A stretch of DNA of 64,000 bases from Anaerolineae bacterium (GTDB lineage Bacteria > Chloroflexota > Anaerolineae > UBA3071), in NCBI GenBank assembly GCA_029907105.1, contig JARYMM010000004.1, forward strand, positions 65,364-129,363. The letters run 5' to 3'. A program made the translations under genes and the position numbers. The number at the start of each line of letters is the position of its first letter. Positions within the stretch are counted from its first letter, which is position 1. Of the stretch, positions 46,406 through 56,438 are shown piece by piece. The notes beneath the pieces are model-generated. The model saw nothing but the letters and a program-made list of their open reading frames with translations, was not told the DNA's origin and made no database searches.

Positions 46406-47752
46406 ATGACCCCATTGCGCCTCACAGACGAAGAACAGGCCCTGCTCGATGGCGCCGAAGGCCCCGGCGTGCAGCGGGCTATGGGCATCGTAATCACCCT
46501 GGGCCGCATCTACGGCGCGGCGGAGCTCGTGCCCATCGCCAGCGCCCACATTTCCGGCGTCAGCTACAAGAACCTGGGCCAGGCGGGCCTGGAATTCCTC
46601 CATCGCTGGGCCGAGGAGGGGGCACAGGCGCGGGTGGACACCTGGCTTAACCCCATGGGCATGGAGGCCGCTCGCTGGCGCGAGCTGGGCTTCCCCGCCG
46701 ATTTCGCCGAGCCGCAGCTTGCCGTCGTCGAGGCTTTTCGCCGTATGGGTGTGACGCCCACGCTGAGCTGCACGCCCTACCTGCTGCCGGGACATGTGCC
46801 GCGGCGCGGGCAGCATCTGGCCTGGGCCGAGTCTTCCGCCGTCGTCTTCGCCAACAGCGTCCTCGGCGCACGCACCAACCGCGAGGGCGGCCCCAGCGCC
46901 CTGGCGGCGGCCATCGTCGGGCGCACGGCCAGCTACAGCTATCACCTGGAGGAAAATCGGCGGGCGACGCATGTGGTGGAGGTGTGCTGCCCGCTGCACG
47001 ACCCGGCCGACTTCGGCGCTCTGGGCCAGATCGTCGGCCAACGGGTGGGCGACGGTGTGCCCTATTTCGCCGACCTGGCCCGCTGGCTGCCCCCGCTGCC
47101 CCAGGACATCACCGCAGGCGGCGAGGCCGTGGACCGGCTGAAGACATTGGGCGCTGCGCTGGCCGCTTATGGCGCGGTGGCGCTTTTCCACATCGCCGGA
47201 TACACGCCAGAAGCGGCGGAGACAGGCGAAGCGTTGCTGCGCGCCGAGGCCGAACGGATCGTCGTGGACGGTTTGGAAGAGGCTTACGCGGCCATGAATG
47301 AGGCGAGCGTGCTGGAGATTGACCTGGTGAGCATTGGCTGCCCGCACGCCAGCCTGGCCGAGATCGCCCAGGTAGCCGAGTTCGTGCGCGGCCGGCAGTT
47401 GCGGACGCGCCTGTGGGTGACCACAGCCCGCCAGACGCAGGAGCAGGCGGCGGCCGAAGGCTGGGTGCAAGTCATCGAAGCGGCAGGCGGCCGCGTGGTG
47501 GCCGACACCTGTACCGTCGTCGCCCCCTTGCAGACTCTGGGCATCCGCAGCCTGGCCACCAACGCCGCCAAAACCGCCTGTTATGCGCCATCCCACTCCG
47601 GCGTGCGGGTGCGTTTCGGCTCGCTGGAGCAGTGCCTGGAAGCCGCGCTCACGGGGCAGTGGAAGAAAACCGCGCCTATGACTGCGTCTGGGGATTATGG
47701 CCCTGCCAGGCGCAGTGGCTCCCCTAATCGCTCCATCGAAGGCTGCCGATAG
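46406..47752 (+). CDS. Aconitase X catalytic subunit family (DUF521)
   Basis: Start at MTPLRLTDEEQALLDG; long AcnX-like body; the 3' end overlaps the convergent gene by about 58 bp. Confidence 0.6.
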   Translation: MTPLRLTDEEQALLDGAEGPGVQRAMGIVITLGRIYGAAELVPIASAHISGVSYKNLGQAGLEFLHRWAEEGAQARVDTWLNPMGMEAARWRELGFPADFAEPQLAVVEAFRRMGVTPTLSCTPYLLPGHVPRRGQHLAWAESSAVVFANSVLGARTNREGGPSALAAAIVGRTASYSYHLEENRRATHVVEVCCPLHDPADFGALGQIVGQRVGDGVPYFADLARWLPPLPQDITAGGEAVDRLKTLGAALAAYGAVALFHIAGYTPEAAETGEALLRAEAERIVVDGLEEAYAAMNEASVLEIDLVSIGCPHASLAEIAQVAEFVRGRQLRTRLWVTTARQTQEQAAAEGWVQVIEAAGGRVVADTCTVVAPLQTLGIRSLATNAAKTACYAPSHSGVRVRFGSLEQCLEAALTGQWKKTAPMTASGDYGPARRSGSPNRSIEGCR

Positions 47753-49704
47753 AAGCCGACGAGCAAGGTATACGGCGCGGGCCCCAGCGCTGCTGGCAAT
47801 TCCAGCCGATGGACGTCCAACAGCGTCTCGCCCGGCTGCCAGAGCGACGTGGGGTAGTACACACCGCCGGGCAGGTGATCGGACTGCGCCACCTTCTCCC
47901 CCTGCGCATCCAGCAGATGCACGAAGCTGGTGTAATCCCCGTCCAGGGGGCGCAGCGGCTGCCAGTGCAGCGCCACCTCCAGCACGCTGCCCCCCTCCAG
48001 AGGCGAGCGCAGATCGTAGCCCAGCAACTGTATGGCCCCGCCCACGGCCAGCCCCGATGATCTGCCAGGCGGCCCGCTGGCGGCAGGCCCCACCACCTCT
48101 ACCAGATTCCGCACCGGCCGCAGGGCGAACTTCACCTCCAGCCCCGGCATGGGCTTGATGAGATACACCGGCCGGCCGGTCGAAAGCGCCCGCTCTACCA
48201 CCTGTCCCACGTTAGCCCACCCCGGCTCGCCCACGATGCGCGGGAACAGGCCCGTGATGTCGGGCCGCACGCCCTCCACCTGCTGCAGGTACCAGAGGGG
48301 CATCATCTCATCGCGGTCGTTGCTGATCAAGATAGCCTCCGCCGGCGGTGGCGCAGCCAGGATGGCCTGCCAGCGGTCACGCCCGGCGCTGTCCCCACTG
48401 CGGTCAACGAGGGAAAGGTTGTGCAGCAGCAGGGCGATGGGCAGGGTCAGCGATAGCAAGACAATCGCTGCAGATAGCACACTCGGAATTGTATATTTGA
48501 GATGGCGACCTGCGACCTGCGACCTGCCACCTGCCCCCACCGCTTCAGCTATCGCACCAATGCCGACGCCCATCCAGCAGGCCCAGATGAGCGCGGGAGC
48601 GATGAAGAACACATGGATGTCGCCGATGCCATAGAAGAGATTGAAGAGCAACAGGGCCAGGAAGCTGAGGCCGGTGAGCGCTAATAGCTGTCCGCGTCGT
48701 CCGGCGACCAGGCGCGCCAGCCCTACGAGGCCCAGGACGATGCCCGCCCAGCCGAACTGGCGCCACAGGAGCTCCCCGGCCAGCGCGAGCCGCGCCGCTG
48801 CGGCCGCGGGAGGGAGCAACTCGCCGACGAAGACGCGGCCCAGGACGAAGTCCAGGAAGCCACGCAGTCTGTGATCGTAAAGCTGTAAGGAATGCCCGGC
48901 GCTGAGCGGCACGGTGAGGTATGGCGTGTGCGGGGCACGCAGGGGGATGTACAGGTAGAGCAGCAGGGGCAAGAGACAGGAGGCAAGAAGCAAGAGGCAA
49001 GAAGCAGGAGGCAAGAGGCAAGAAGCAAGGGAGGAGGGGCGAGAGGCAAGGGATGAAGGGCGAGAAGCGAGGCGCCGCCGGGTCAGCCAGAGGAAAAGCA
49101 GGACTGCGGGAGCCAGTAACAACATGGTGCGATGGTGCGTCAGCCCCAAACCGTATATCAAGGCCACCACGGCCAGACGGCCCAATGCCCCCTCAGCCCC
49201 CTCCTTTCCCTCGTTTCCTCTGTCTCCTTCCTTCCACCACAGCAACAGCCAGAGCCCCCCGGCCACAAATGCCGCGTGCAGCGTGTAGATCTCGGCAATC
49301 ACCGCCTGCGACCAGAAAGTCTCGGAGCAGGCGAAAGCCAGGGCGGCGACAGCCGCGGCCAGGAGGCGAGGCAATGTGGGCAGTCTGGGCGTCGCCTCTC
49401 GCAGCAGCCGCCTGGCCAGCAGGTAGGTCAGCGCCACGGCCACGCCGCCCCACAGCGCCGAGAAGAGGTTCATTCGCCAGGCCACGTCGCCCCAGGGGAT
49501 GATGTGCGTCCACAGCCAGCCCAACATGAGGTAGAGGGGGTAGCCGGTGGGGTGGGCGATGCCGCCCAGGTAGGCAGCGAACTGCAGTTCTCCGCTGTCG
49601 CCGCCCAGCAGGCCAGGGGCCAGCGTGCGCAGGTAGAGGCCGAAGGCGGCCAGGCCCAGCAGAGCGGCAAGGGTTCGGTTCAAACGAGATATGGGATTGA
49701 CCAT
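47695..49704 (-). CDS. DUF2723/TMEM260-like GT-C family membrane glycosyltransferase
   Basis: GGDSGE and PTGYPLY motifs near the N-terminus; polytopic; contains repeat-encoded low-complexity inserts. Confidence 0.6.
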   Translation of the reverse strand: MVNPISRLNRTLAALLGLAAFGLYLRTLAPGLLGGDSGELQFAAYLGGIAHPTGYPLYLMLGWLWTHIIPWGDVAWRMNLFSALWGGVAVALTYLLARRLLREATPRLPTLPRLLAAAVAALAFACSETFWSQAVIAEIYTLHAAFVAGGLWLLLWWKEGDRGNEGKEGAEGALGRLAVVALIYGLGLTHHRTMLLLAPAVLLFLWLTRRRLASRPSSLASRPSSLASCLLPPASCLLLLASCLLPLLLYLYIPLRAPHTPYLTVPLSAGHSLQLYDHRLRGFLDFVLGRVFVGELLPPAAAAARLALAGELLWRQFGWAGIVLGLVGLARLVAGRRGQLLALTGLSFLALLLFNLFYGIGDIHVFFIAPALIWACWMGVGIGAIAEAVGAGGRSQVAGRHLKYTIPSVLSAAIVLLSLTLPIALLLHNLSLVDRSGDSAGRDRWQAILAAPPPAEAILISNDRDEMMPLWYLQQVEGVRPDITGLFPRIVGEPGWANVGQVVERALSTGRPVYLIKPMPGLEVKFALRPVRNLVEVVGPAASGPPGRSSGLAVGGAIQLLGYDLRSPLEGGSVLEVALHWQPLRPLDGDYTSFVHLLDAQGEKVAQSDHLPGGVYYPTSLWQPGETLLDVHRLELPAALGPAPYTLLVGFYRQPSMERLGEPLRLAGP
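48505..48532. repeat. Heptanucleotide tandem repeat (GCGACCT, 4 units) in a coding region
   Basis: gcgacct gcgacct gcgacct gccacct. Confidence 0.55.
48965..49070. repeat. Purine-rich tandem repeat (GGCAAGARG-like units) encoding a LASRPSSLASRPSSLASCLL low-complexity segment
   Basis: ggcaagaagcaagag gcaagaagcaggag gcaagaggcaagaag ... Confidence 0.55.
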
Positions 49705-49827
49705 AGTGGCGCTTTTGGACGCTTTGCTGCATCTCGGTATATCGGTACATTGGTAGATGGTAAATTGGGAACAGATTCGCGAACTTGCCAGTCCCTATAC
49801 CAAGTCACCAGTCTACCAATCTACCAA

Positions 49828-52743
49828 CTACCTCTCCACCCTCACCCAATCCACCGCTGCGGCCAGCGGACGGCGGTCCGGGTTGCGGCCCAGCCGCAGC
49901 CAGGCATTGGGGGCAGCTACCAGCTCCAGCGCTGTGCCCGGCGCGGCGCCCTTGACGCCGATAAGGGCATGGGCCTGTCCCACAGCGCCGCGCAGGTCAC
50001 CCTGCGCGCCCAGGCTGTGCAGGGCGGCGACGGCCTCGGCGGTGACATGCTGACCGGCATCGTCCTTCGTGGCCACGACGACGATGCGCCCCTCGGGGAT
50101 CTGGGCCACGAACTCCGCCAGCCGCTGTGCCTCGTACTCGTTGGCCCAGGTGTCGAAGCCCCGCTTGTCCAACAGGCGGCCCGTGCGGGCGTCGAGCACA
50201 GCCACGTTGTAGCCCCGCCGTCCCGCCGAACCGTCGGTCTTGGCCCCGGCCTCGTCGTAGAGGGAGATGTAGGCGTGATCGGCGGCGGCCTCGATCTCGA
50301 TGTCCACCGGCGTCGCCACCCCCGTGGCGCCGATGGCCGTCTGGCCCGGAAGCACGTCCCGCGGGCGTTCCACCCGACCAAAGCGCAGCTTCAGCCGGTT
50401 GAGGCCCGATCGCACAGCCGCTGCCGGCAGCGGCACGTCCAGCACCTGCCAGCCCTCGGACAGAAGCTGCGGCTGGTCCAGCGGCTGGCCGTTCAGGAAT
50501 ACCTGCAGCGATTGCGGTGTGGCCCCAGGGTAACTGAAGGGAGCGATGCGCAGGCCCAGGCGGTAGTCGGCAAGCTCCCGCAGGGGGAAGAAAATCTCCG
50601 CCTCTGCGGCCGCCCAGTTGGCCGTCTCGCCGAAGATAACCTCGTCGTCGTGCCAGCCGGCGCCGCGATTCGGCCAGGCCGCCTGCGTGCCCAGGTCTAT
50701 CTCCAGCGGAAAGGTGAGCATCGGCTGTAGCACGCGGTAGGCGCGCACGCCGTCCTGGTCGTAGAAGGGCTCGCTCTCCAGCGGCAGCACCTGGCGGGCG
50801 TACTGCCAGGTGCGGGCGTAGGTGTCCTGATAGGGCCAGCGGCCGGGGATGGGCGGCAGCACGACCAGATAGCGCACGTCGTAAAGCTGCATCAACCCGG
50901 CGGCCTGGGCGCGGGCCGCCGCATCGGTCTCCGCATCGGGCTCACGATACATCTCCACATCGGCCAGCGCCCGGAAGAGCGGGACGCGGCGGAAATACTC
51001 CATTTTGAACGAGGGGGCGCGGGCGATGTTGCCGCCGATGATGGGCTTGCCGTGCACGGTCTGATATATCTGGAGTTGCGTGCGCTCGGAGCCGAGGGGG
51101 CCGAAAGAAGTACGCCAGCCCAGCGGCAGGTGCATCACGGCGAATTCCCCCGGCTCGGCGGCGATCTGCTCGTACACCGGGGGCACGCGGGCGTCGGTCA
51201 GCGGCGTTGGAACGGCTGCGTGCTCGAACAGGATGACAAGGGAAAAGAGGGACACGAAGAGTGCCCTCCGCCTCCCTGTTCTCCCCGTCGCCTCAGCCCC
51301 CGGTGCCTTAGCCCTAAGCAATTGCAGCAGGAAGTATGTGCCGAAGCCCGCAAGTACTGCTAACCCCAACATCAAGAGCACGCTGTTGCGATTGGGGGCG
51401 CGGTTGGCCTGCACGATGGGAATATAGTGCAGCAGGGCATAGGGCAAGGGGAAGGTGGCCTCCAGCCCGTCCAGGTCGAAACGATAGCGGCCGTTGATCT
51501 GGAGAAGCGGCCCCAGGCAAAAGAGCCCGAAGAGAAGCGCTGTCCAGCCCCAGACCCGCACCTGCTGCCGGTAGCGGAGCAGGCCCAGCAAGGCCAGCGC
51601 CAGCGTGGCGTAGCCCAGAAAGACCGTGTTGACGTCGGCAAAACGCGCCGTGCCCTCTTCCACAGCCCGCAGCTCGCGCACCCAATCGCCGCCCCACAGC
51701 GGATGCAACGCCGTCGGCGTGACCATCCCCACCAGGTCAGCCGACAGCTTGACCGCCTCGCCCCACCCTTCCAGCGCATATTCCCCTGTGGCGAACTGGC
51801 GCACGATGGGAACCAGCACAGGCGCCCAAAGCACGGCCACAGTCACGCCAATGACCATCAGCCCCCAAACGGGCTTCAGGTTCCATCGCCGAACGCCGAA
51901 CGCCAAACGCCGAACGTTGAACGCCAGCACAAGCAGGGTGAAGATGCCCAGGAAGACGCCGAAGATCATCTCTGCCAGGACGGCCAGGGTGAAAAAGAGT
52001 CCGGCCAGCAATGCGTTGCGCACCAGGCACTGGCGCTTGTCAGCGCGGACGGTCTTGAGCAAATAGAGGGCATAGAAGGGCAGCCACTGGGTGGTCACCA
52101 TGTCGTAATGGCCCAGCGCAGCGTAGACGGCGCGGTTGGCGGCGAAGGCATAAACCAAACCGGCCGTCATAGCTGCCAGACTGCTGATCAAGGGGTTAAG
52201 GGATAAGGGATAGGGGGCAGGCGCTGCCCTACACGCCGTTTCCCCTGGCCCATAACCCCTAACCCTTAGCCCATAACCCCTATCCCCTGCCACAAGAAGA
52301 TAGCGGACAAGCAGGAAAGCCCCATAGCCGCTGAGCACGGTGGACAGGATGAGGGTGGCGTTGCTCGCCGCCGGCAGGCTCATCACCATCTGCAGGGGCA
52401 AGGCAATAAGGGCATTGAAGAAGTTATAGGTATGCAGGATCAGGTCAATGCCCAGGGGGAAGAAGAGCAGGTCCGTGTGCAAGGGGCTGGTGTGCAGGTC
52501 AATCACCGCCCGTTTGAACCACCAGATGTTCCAGACGAAGGTGTATTCGTCGAAGGCCCAGGTGGCACTGCCGGGCACATGGGTGGCGAAATGGGCGATC
52601 AGAGGGTAGCTGAGAAGCAGGGCCAGGACCAGAAAGAGGGCCAGGACAGCGAGGTGAAGCACTTTGCCGTCGGCCAGAGTTAACGCCTGCTTCCCCCGCC
52701 CTGTCCCAGCGAAGGGGGGACAATCATCTTTGCGCTCGGGCAT
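49828..52743 (-). CDS. Large GT-C-like polytopic membrane protein with a C-terminal soluble domain (putative glycosyltransferase)
   Basis: AFDEY DE-type motif in the first loop; more than 10 TM helices; a 500-aa extracytoplasmic C-terminal region. Confidence 0.5.
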   Translation of the reverse strand: MPERKDDCPPFAGTGRGKQALTLADGKVLHLAVLALFLVLALLLSYPLIAHFATHVPGSATWAFDEYTFVWNIWWFKRAVIDLHTSPLHTDLLFFPLGIDLILHTYNFFNALIALPLQMVMSLPAASNATLILSTVLSGYGAFLLVRYLLVAGDRGYGLRVRGYGPGETACRAAPAPYPLSLNPLISSLAAMTAGLVYAFAANRAVYAALGHYDMVTTQWLPFYALYLLKTVRADKRQCLVRNALLAGLFFTLAVLAEMIFGVFLGIFTLLVLAFNVRRLAFGVRRWNLKPVWGLMVIGVTVAVLWAPVLVPIVRQFATGEYALEGWGEAVKLSADLVGMVTPTALHPLWGGDWVRELRAVEEGTARFADVNTVFLGYATLALALLGLLRYRQQVRVWGWTALLFGLFCLGPLLQINGRYRFDLDGLEATFPLPYALLHYIPIVQANRAPNRNSVLLMLGLAVLAGFGTYFLLQLLRAKAPGAEATGRTGRRRALFVSLFSLVILFEHAAVPTPLTDARVPPVYEQIAAEPGEFAVMHLPLGWRTSFGPLGSERTQLQIYQTVHGKPIIGGNIARAPSFKMEYFRRVPLFRALADVEMYREPDAETDAAARAQAAGLMQLYDVRYLVVLPPIPGRWPYQDTYARTWQYARQVLPLESEPFYDQDGVRAYRVLQPMLTFPLEIDLGTQAAWPNRGAGWHDDEVIFGETANWAAAEAEIFFPLRELADYRLGLRIAPFSYPGATPQSLQVFLNGQPLDQPQLLSEGWQVLDVPLPAAAVRSGLNRLKLRFGRVERPRDVLPGQTAIGATGVATPVDIEIEAAADHAYISLYDEAGAKTDGSAGRRGYNVAVLDARTGRLLDKRGFDTWANEYEAQRLAEFVAQIPEGRIVVVATKDDAGQHVTAEAVAALHSLGAQGDLRGAVGQAHALIGVKGAAPGTALELVAAPNAWLRLGRNPDRRPLAAAVDWVRVER
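52192..52288. repeat. Palindromic insertion (gggttaagggataagggataggggg ... cccataacccctaaccc ... cccataacccctatcccc), in frame in the GT-C gene
   Basis: Inverted repeat arms with tandem 18-bp subunits; encodes GYGLRVRGYGPGETACRAAPAPYPLSLNP. Confidence 0.5.
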
Positions 52744-53455
52744 AGCGCCTCCTCAGCCGCCACACGGCGGCAAAGGCATCTACGATCTCGGACAGGGTGG
52801 TGTTAGACTGGCCTCGCTTGCGGTTGACGAATACCGTGGGGATTTCAGCAAAGCGCGCCCCCGCCTTGTGCAGCCGCAGGGCCGTCTCGCTGAGCACGAT
52901 GTATCCCGTCGTCTGAATGCTATCCAGGTCCAGGGCCTCCAACACCTCCCGCCGGTAACAGCGAAAGCCGTTGGTGTAGTCAGCGATGGGCACGCCCAGC
53001 ATCGTCCGGGCGAAGAGATTGGCCAGCCGGCTGAAGATGCGCCGCCGCAGCCCCCAGTCCACGATCCGGCTGTCCCGCAGGTAACGCGAACCGATCACCA
53101 CGTCCGCCTGCCGGGCTTTGTCCAAGAGCTCCGGGATGTAGCGCGGATGGTGCGAGAAGTCAGCATCCATCTCCAAGATCAGCGGGGCCTCCGTCTCCTG
53201 CAGGGCGTATCTGAAGCCGGCAAGGCAGGCCGAGCCGCGCCCGCCTTTGCCCGAGCGATGGATGACCTGCACCTCCGCCATCTGCGCGGCCAGCTCATCG
53301 GCCACCTGCCCGGTGCCGTCGGGGGAGTTGTCGTCCACGATGACGATGCGCAGCCGGCGCGGCAGGCGCAGGATCTCCTCGACCAGCGGCCGCAGGTTGT
53401 CTTTTTCATTGTAGGTGGGGATGACGATGACCGCCTCTGTTCCTTCTCCGCCCAT
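52724..53455 (-). CDS. Polyprenol-phosphate mannose synthase-like GT2 (Ppm1/DPM1-like)
   Basis: VIVIPTYNEKDN and VDDNSPDGT motifs. Confidence 0.75.
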   Translation of the reverse strand: MGGEGTEAVIVIPTYNEKDNLRPLVEEILRLPRRLRIVIVDDNSPDGTGQVADELAAQMAEVQVIHRSGKGGRGSACLAGFRYALQETEAPLILEMDADFSHHPRYIPELLDKARQADVVIGSRYLRDSRIVDWGLRRRIFSRLANLFARTMLGVPIADYTNGFRCYRREVLEALDLDSIQTTGYIVLSETALRLHKAGARFAEIPTVFVNRKRGQSNTTLSEIVDAFAAVWRLRRRYARAQR

Positions 53456-53458
53456 TTA

Positions 53459-54682
53459 TCACTTGCCGCCAAGAATCGTATGAAAGGCTTCCACCATGCG
53501 TTCCAGGTCTTCCTGGCTCAGGTACTGATGACAGCCCACATAGAAGGCATGAAGCCCCAGATAGTCAGCATGGGGCAATTTGCCCTCATATTGGCTCTTC
53601 AGATGGGCGTAAGCACGCTGCTGCGTAGGGATGGAGCCGAAGAGCGGCCTGGTTTCCACCCCCAGGGCCTCCAGCGCGGCGCGCAGATAGCGGCGAGAGA
53701 TGAGGTCGGGCCTCTTGATCACGATGGGGTAGGCCAGATAGGAGACATCCTCAGAGTAAGGCGGCAGTTGCAGCACGTCTTCATGCACGGCCAGATGTTC
53801 GTTCAGGAACCTCACGTTCTCCTGCCGCCTCTGAATGATCCAATCTGCCTTCTTCAGTTGAACCAACCCCAAAGCCGCCTGGAACTCCATCAGCTTGAAA
53901 TTGTAGCCGATCAGATCGTGGGCGAAGCGGGGATCGTAGTCTTCCGTCCCCTCATACCCGGCAAGCTGCGGGCAGTACCCCTGATCGCGGGTACACACCA
54001 GGCAGTCGCAGGCCCGGCCCTGTGCTTTGATCTGCCGCACCAGACGGTTGATCTCCGCATCATCGGTGGTCAGAGCGCCCATCTCCCCGGCCTGGATGTT
54101 GTGGGCGATGTAGAAAGAAAACGCCGCGGCCAGGGAAAGCGCGCCCGTGCGCCGGCCACCGTACCAACTGCCGTGAGCCTGTGCCGAATCCTCCAAGACA
54201 ATCAGACCGTATTCTGCGGCAATCTGATTGATCTCGTCCATATGTGCCGGAAAGCCCATCAGGTGCACCGGCAAAATGATGGCGTACTGCTCCCGGTCGG
54301 CAGCATGCTGCAGAAGGACGTGGATATTCTCTGGCGTGATGTTGAACGTATGCGGATCCACGTCCACGTACACCGGCTCGAAGCCCACGTTGCTGATGGC
54401 GCTGCTGGTGGCGATATAGGTCAGCGGCGAGGTGATCACCCTGGTGCCTGCGGGCAGCCCTTTCAGATGTTTGAGGGCAACCAAACCGGCCATCAGTGCA
54501 CCCGAACCGGAACTGGTGGCCACACTGAATTTCGTGCCCACGTAACGAGCCCATTCCCTCTCGAAATGAGCGACCTTGGGACCTTCAGAGAGCCTGTCCG
54601 AGGCCAGGACTTCCAGGATAGACTCTCTCTCCTCCTCTCCCAACTGAAAATCGCCCACGCGAATCAGCTTTGGCTTTTCCAT
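53459..54682 (-). CDS. DegT/DnrJ/EryC1/StrS family PLP-dependent sugar aminotransferase
   Basis: Start at MEKPKLIRVG; ATSSGSGAL and related motifs; 407 aa. Confidence 0.75.
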   Translation of the reverse strand: MEKPKLIRVGDFQLGEEERESILEVLASDRLSEGPKVAHFEREWARYVGTKFSVATSSGSGALMAGLVALKHLKGLPAGTRVITSPLTYIATSSAISNVGFEPVYVDVDPHTFNITPENIHVLLQHAADREQYAIILPVHLMGFPAHMDEINQIAAEYGLIVLEDSAQAHGSWYGGRRTGALSLAAAFSFYIAHNIQAGEMGALTTDDAEINRLVRQIKAQGRACDCLVCTRDQGYCPQLAGYEGTEDYDPRFAHDLIGYNFKLMEFQAALGLVQLKKADWIIQRRQENVRFLNEHLAVHEDVLQLPPYSEDVSYLAYPIVIKRPDLISRRYLRAALEALGVETRPLFGSIPTQQRAYAHLKSQYEGKLPHADYLGLHAFYVGCHQYLSQEDLERMVEAFHTILGGK

Positions 54683-54976
54683 ATCCTCTCCTGGAGTGCT
54701 TTCACTGCCGTAGTATACACCCGAACAGCACACAAAGCAAGCCCGCCACCAGCGGCCAAAAGCTGCTCCTTCCCCGGTAGTTCGGTCACCATGCTTGAAA
54801 AAAGAAACGTCAAGGTGTGACATACCACCTTGACGTTTGCGCCCAGATGAACGCAGGCGACGGACACCAACGCACATGCAAGGCACACACCTCACCGCGT
54901 CGCCCGCAAAACGGAGTAACAGGCTGCTGGAAGCTATGGACCTGTCGGCAGTTGACGCCTGCAGGTTTTCCCTTTT

Positions 54977-55297
54977 CTAGGCAGGAGGTTCTTCTTCCTG
55001 CTCCTCAGAGAACAGGAAGAGCCGGAACTTATTGAGCAGACCGATGACCAGACTTCCCACTAGGGCAATCGCCAGGAGGTACACCTCAAAGGTCAGCCTA
55101 GGAGTGAATTCCAGGCCCAGCACAGGGATGAGTTGCGTTCCAACCCAATGGATTGGTACGCTGAAGATCAGGCTCCAAGCACCTCTTTCGAAGGCCGGGC
55201 GTTCGCGAGCCACACCGAGGGAATAGAGCACTTGCACGAACAGAAAACCTGGAACAACGTATTGGGCTACGTTAAGCGCTTGGCTCACATCTGACAT
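54977..55297 (-). CDS. Small hypothetical membrane protein
   Basis: 106 aa, 3 TM, in a low-GC segment. Confidence 0.35.
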   Translation of the reverse strand: MSDVSQALNVAQYVVPGFLFVQVLYSLGVARERPAFERGAWSLIFSVPIHWVGTQLIPVLGLEFTPRLTFEVYLLAIALVGSLVIGLLNKFRLFLFSEEQEEEPPA

Positions 55298-55401
55298 TCC
55301 GTTCTCCTCCTAATGCTCACACCGAGAACAATCAGGGCCTACCTCAGTGCTTTCAGTACCATCTGGCGCTTTCAGCGATTGAATCCTGCGCTCCAAGTAA
55401 G

Positions 55402-55905
55402 CTACCTACGCTCCTCAAAAACGGCCCGTAAGTGCTCCTCGAGGGCAGCCAGTTTCCCGGCCAGGCTGCCATCAATGAACTGGTCTTTGGCCTCGACCAC
55501 AAAGCCACCAATGAGCGAGGGGTCAACCTCCAGATGCAAGAGAAACTCCTGGCCGAAACGTTCCCTGAGCCGCTCTTTGAGGATAGCTCGCTCCTCTTGG
55601 CTCAGGGGCACAGCGCTCCTGACGCGGGCCACCGTCCCGGCTGCCTGTGCTTGCTGCCTGGCTATCCGCTGGAACTCCATAGCCGAGAAGACTATCGAAA
55701 GCACGGGCAACGTTGCGGCTGGTTCCTCACGTGCTACCCGTCTGAGTTCTCTGGCCAAGCCGTCCAGCAGTTCCACCTGCTCCAAGGACACCAGATCCTG
55801 TTCACGCAACCGCCGGCCGATAGCCTCCAAATGGTCAAGCCAGGCCTCCGTGCCCATGGAACTACCTGACGGCTTCGGCACTTCCGTCAGCATTGCTTCT
55901 CTCAT
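55402..55905 (-). CDS. atpH: F-type ATP synthase subunit delta
   Basis: OSCP/delta-like 167 aa directly after the b subunit gene. Confidence 0.7.
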   Translation of the reverse strand: MREAMLTEVPKPSGSSMGTEAWLDHLEAIGRRLREQDLVSLEQVELLDGLARELRRVAREEPAATLPVLSIVFSAMEFQRIARQQAQAAGTVARVRSAVPLSQEERAILKERLRERFGQEFLLHLEVDPSLIGGFVVEAKDQFIDGSLAGKLAALEEHLRAVFEERR

Positions 55906-56438
55906 TCGAGTTCACCCACCTCTGCCAGCTCTGCCAGAAACTCGCTGATCAAGCGACGCTGCGTCGCTTCATCCACCATGGTCTGCGCAACCATCTTGCG
56001 CGTAGCCAGCATAACCAGGTCCACCGCCTGTCTGGACAACTCGGCCATAGCTTGCTGGCGCTGGGCCTCGAACTCCTCGCGCTCCTTGGCTATGCATTGG
56101 CGTGCTTCTTCCTCCGCCTTAGCCAAGATACCCTCCTTGAGTTCTTCGGCTTCCTGCGCTGCCCTATTGAGGATCGCCCGCCTTTCCCTCTCTGCGTACT
56201 CGATCCTCTGTTGATATACTGCCTCGGCTTCCGTCGCCCTCTTGTCAGCTATTTGGGCATCCTCTATGCCTTTCTTGATGCGTGCCGAACGCTCATCAAG
56301 CATCGCCAGAAAGCGCTTGAAGAGGAACTTGTAAAGCGCGGCGAACAGAATGATGAGATTAAGGAGTTGGGCTAACAGATACGTAAAGTTGATACCTAAC
56401 GGTGCTCCTCCCTCCAAGCTGCCACCTCCCTCATCCAA
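55902..56438 (-). CDS. atpF: F-type ATP synthase subunit b
   Basis: N-terminal TM followed by a long charged helix. Confidence 0.75.
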   Translation of the reverse strand: MDEGGGSLEGGAPLGINFTYLLAQLLNLIILFAALYKFLFKRFLAMLDERSARIKKGIEDAQIADKRATEAEAVYQQRIEYAERERRAILNRAAQEAEELKEGILAKAEEEARQCIAKEREEFEAQRQQAMAELSRQAVDLVMLATRKMVAQTMVDEATQRRLISEFLAELAEVGELE

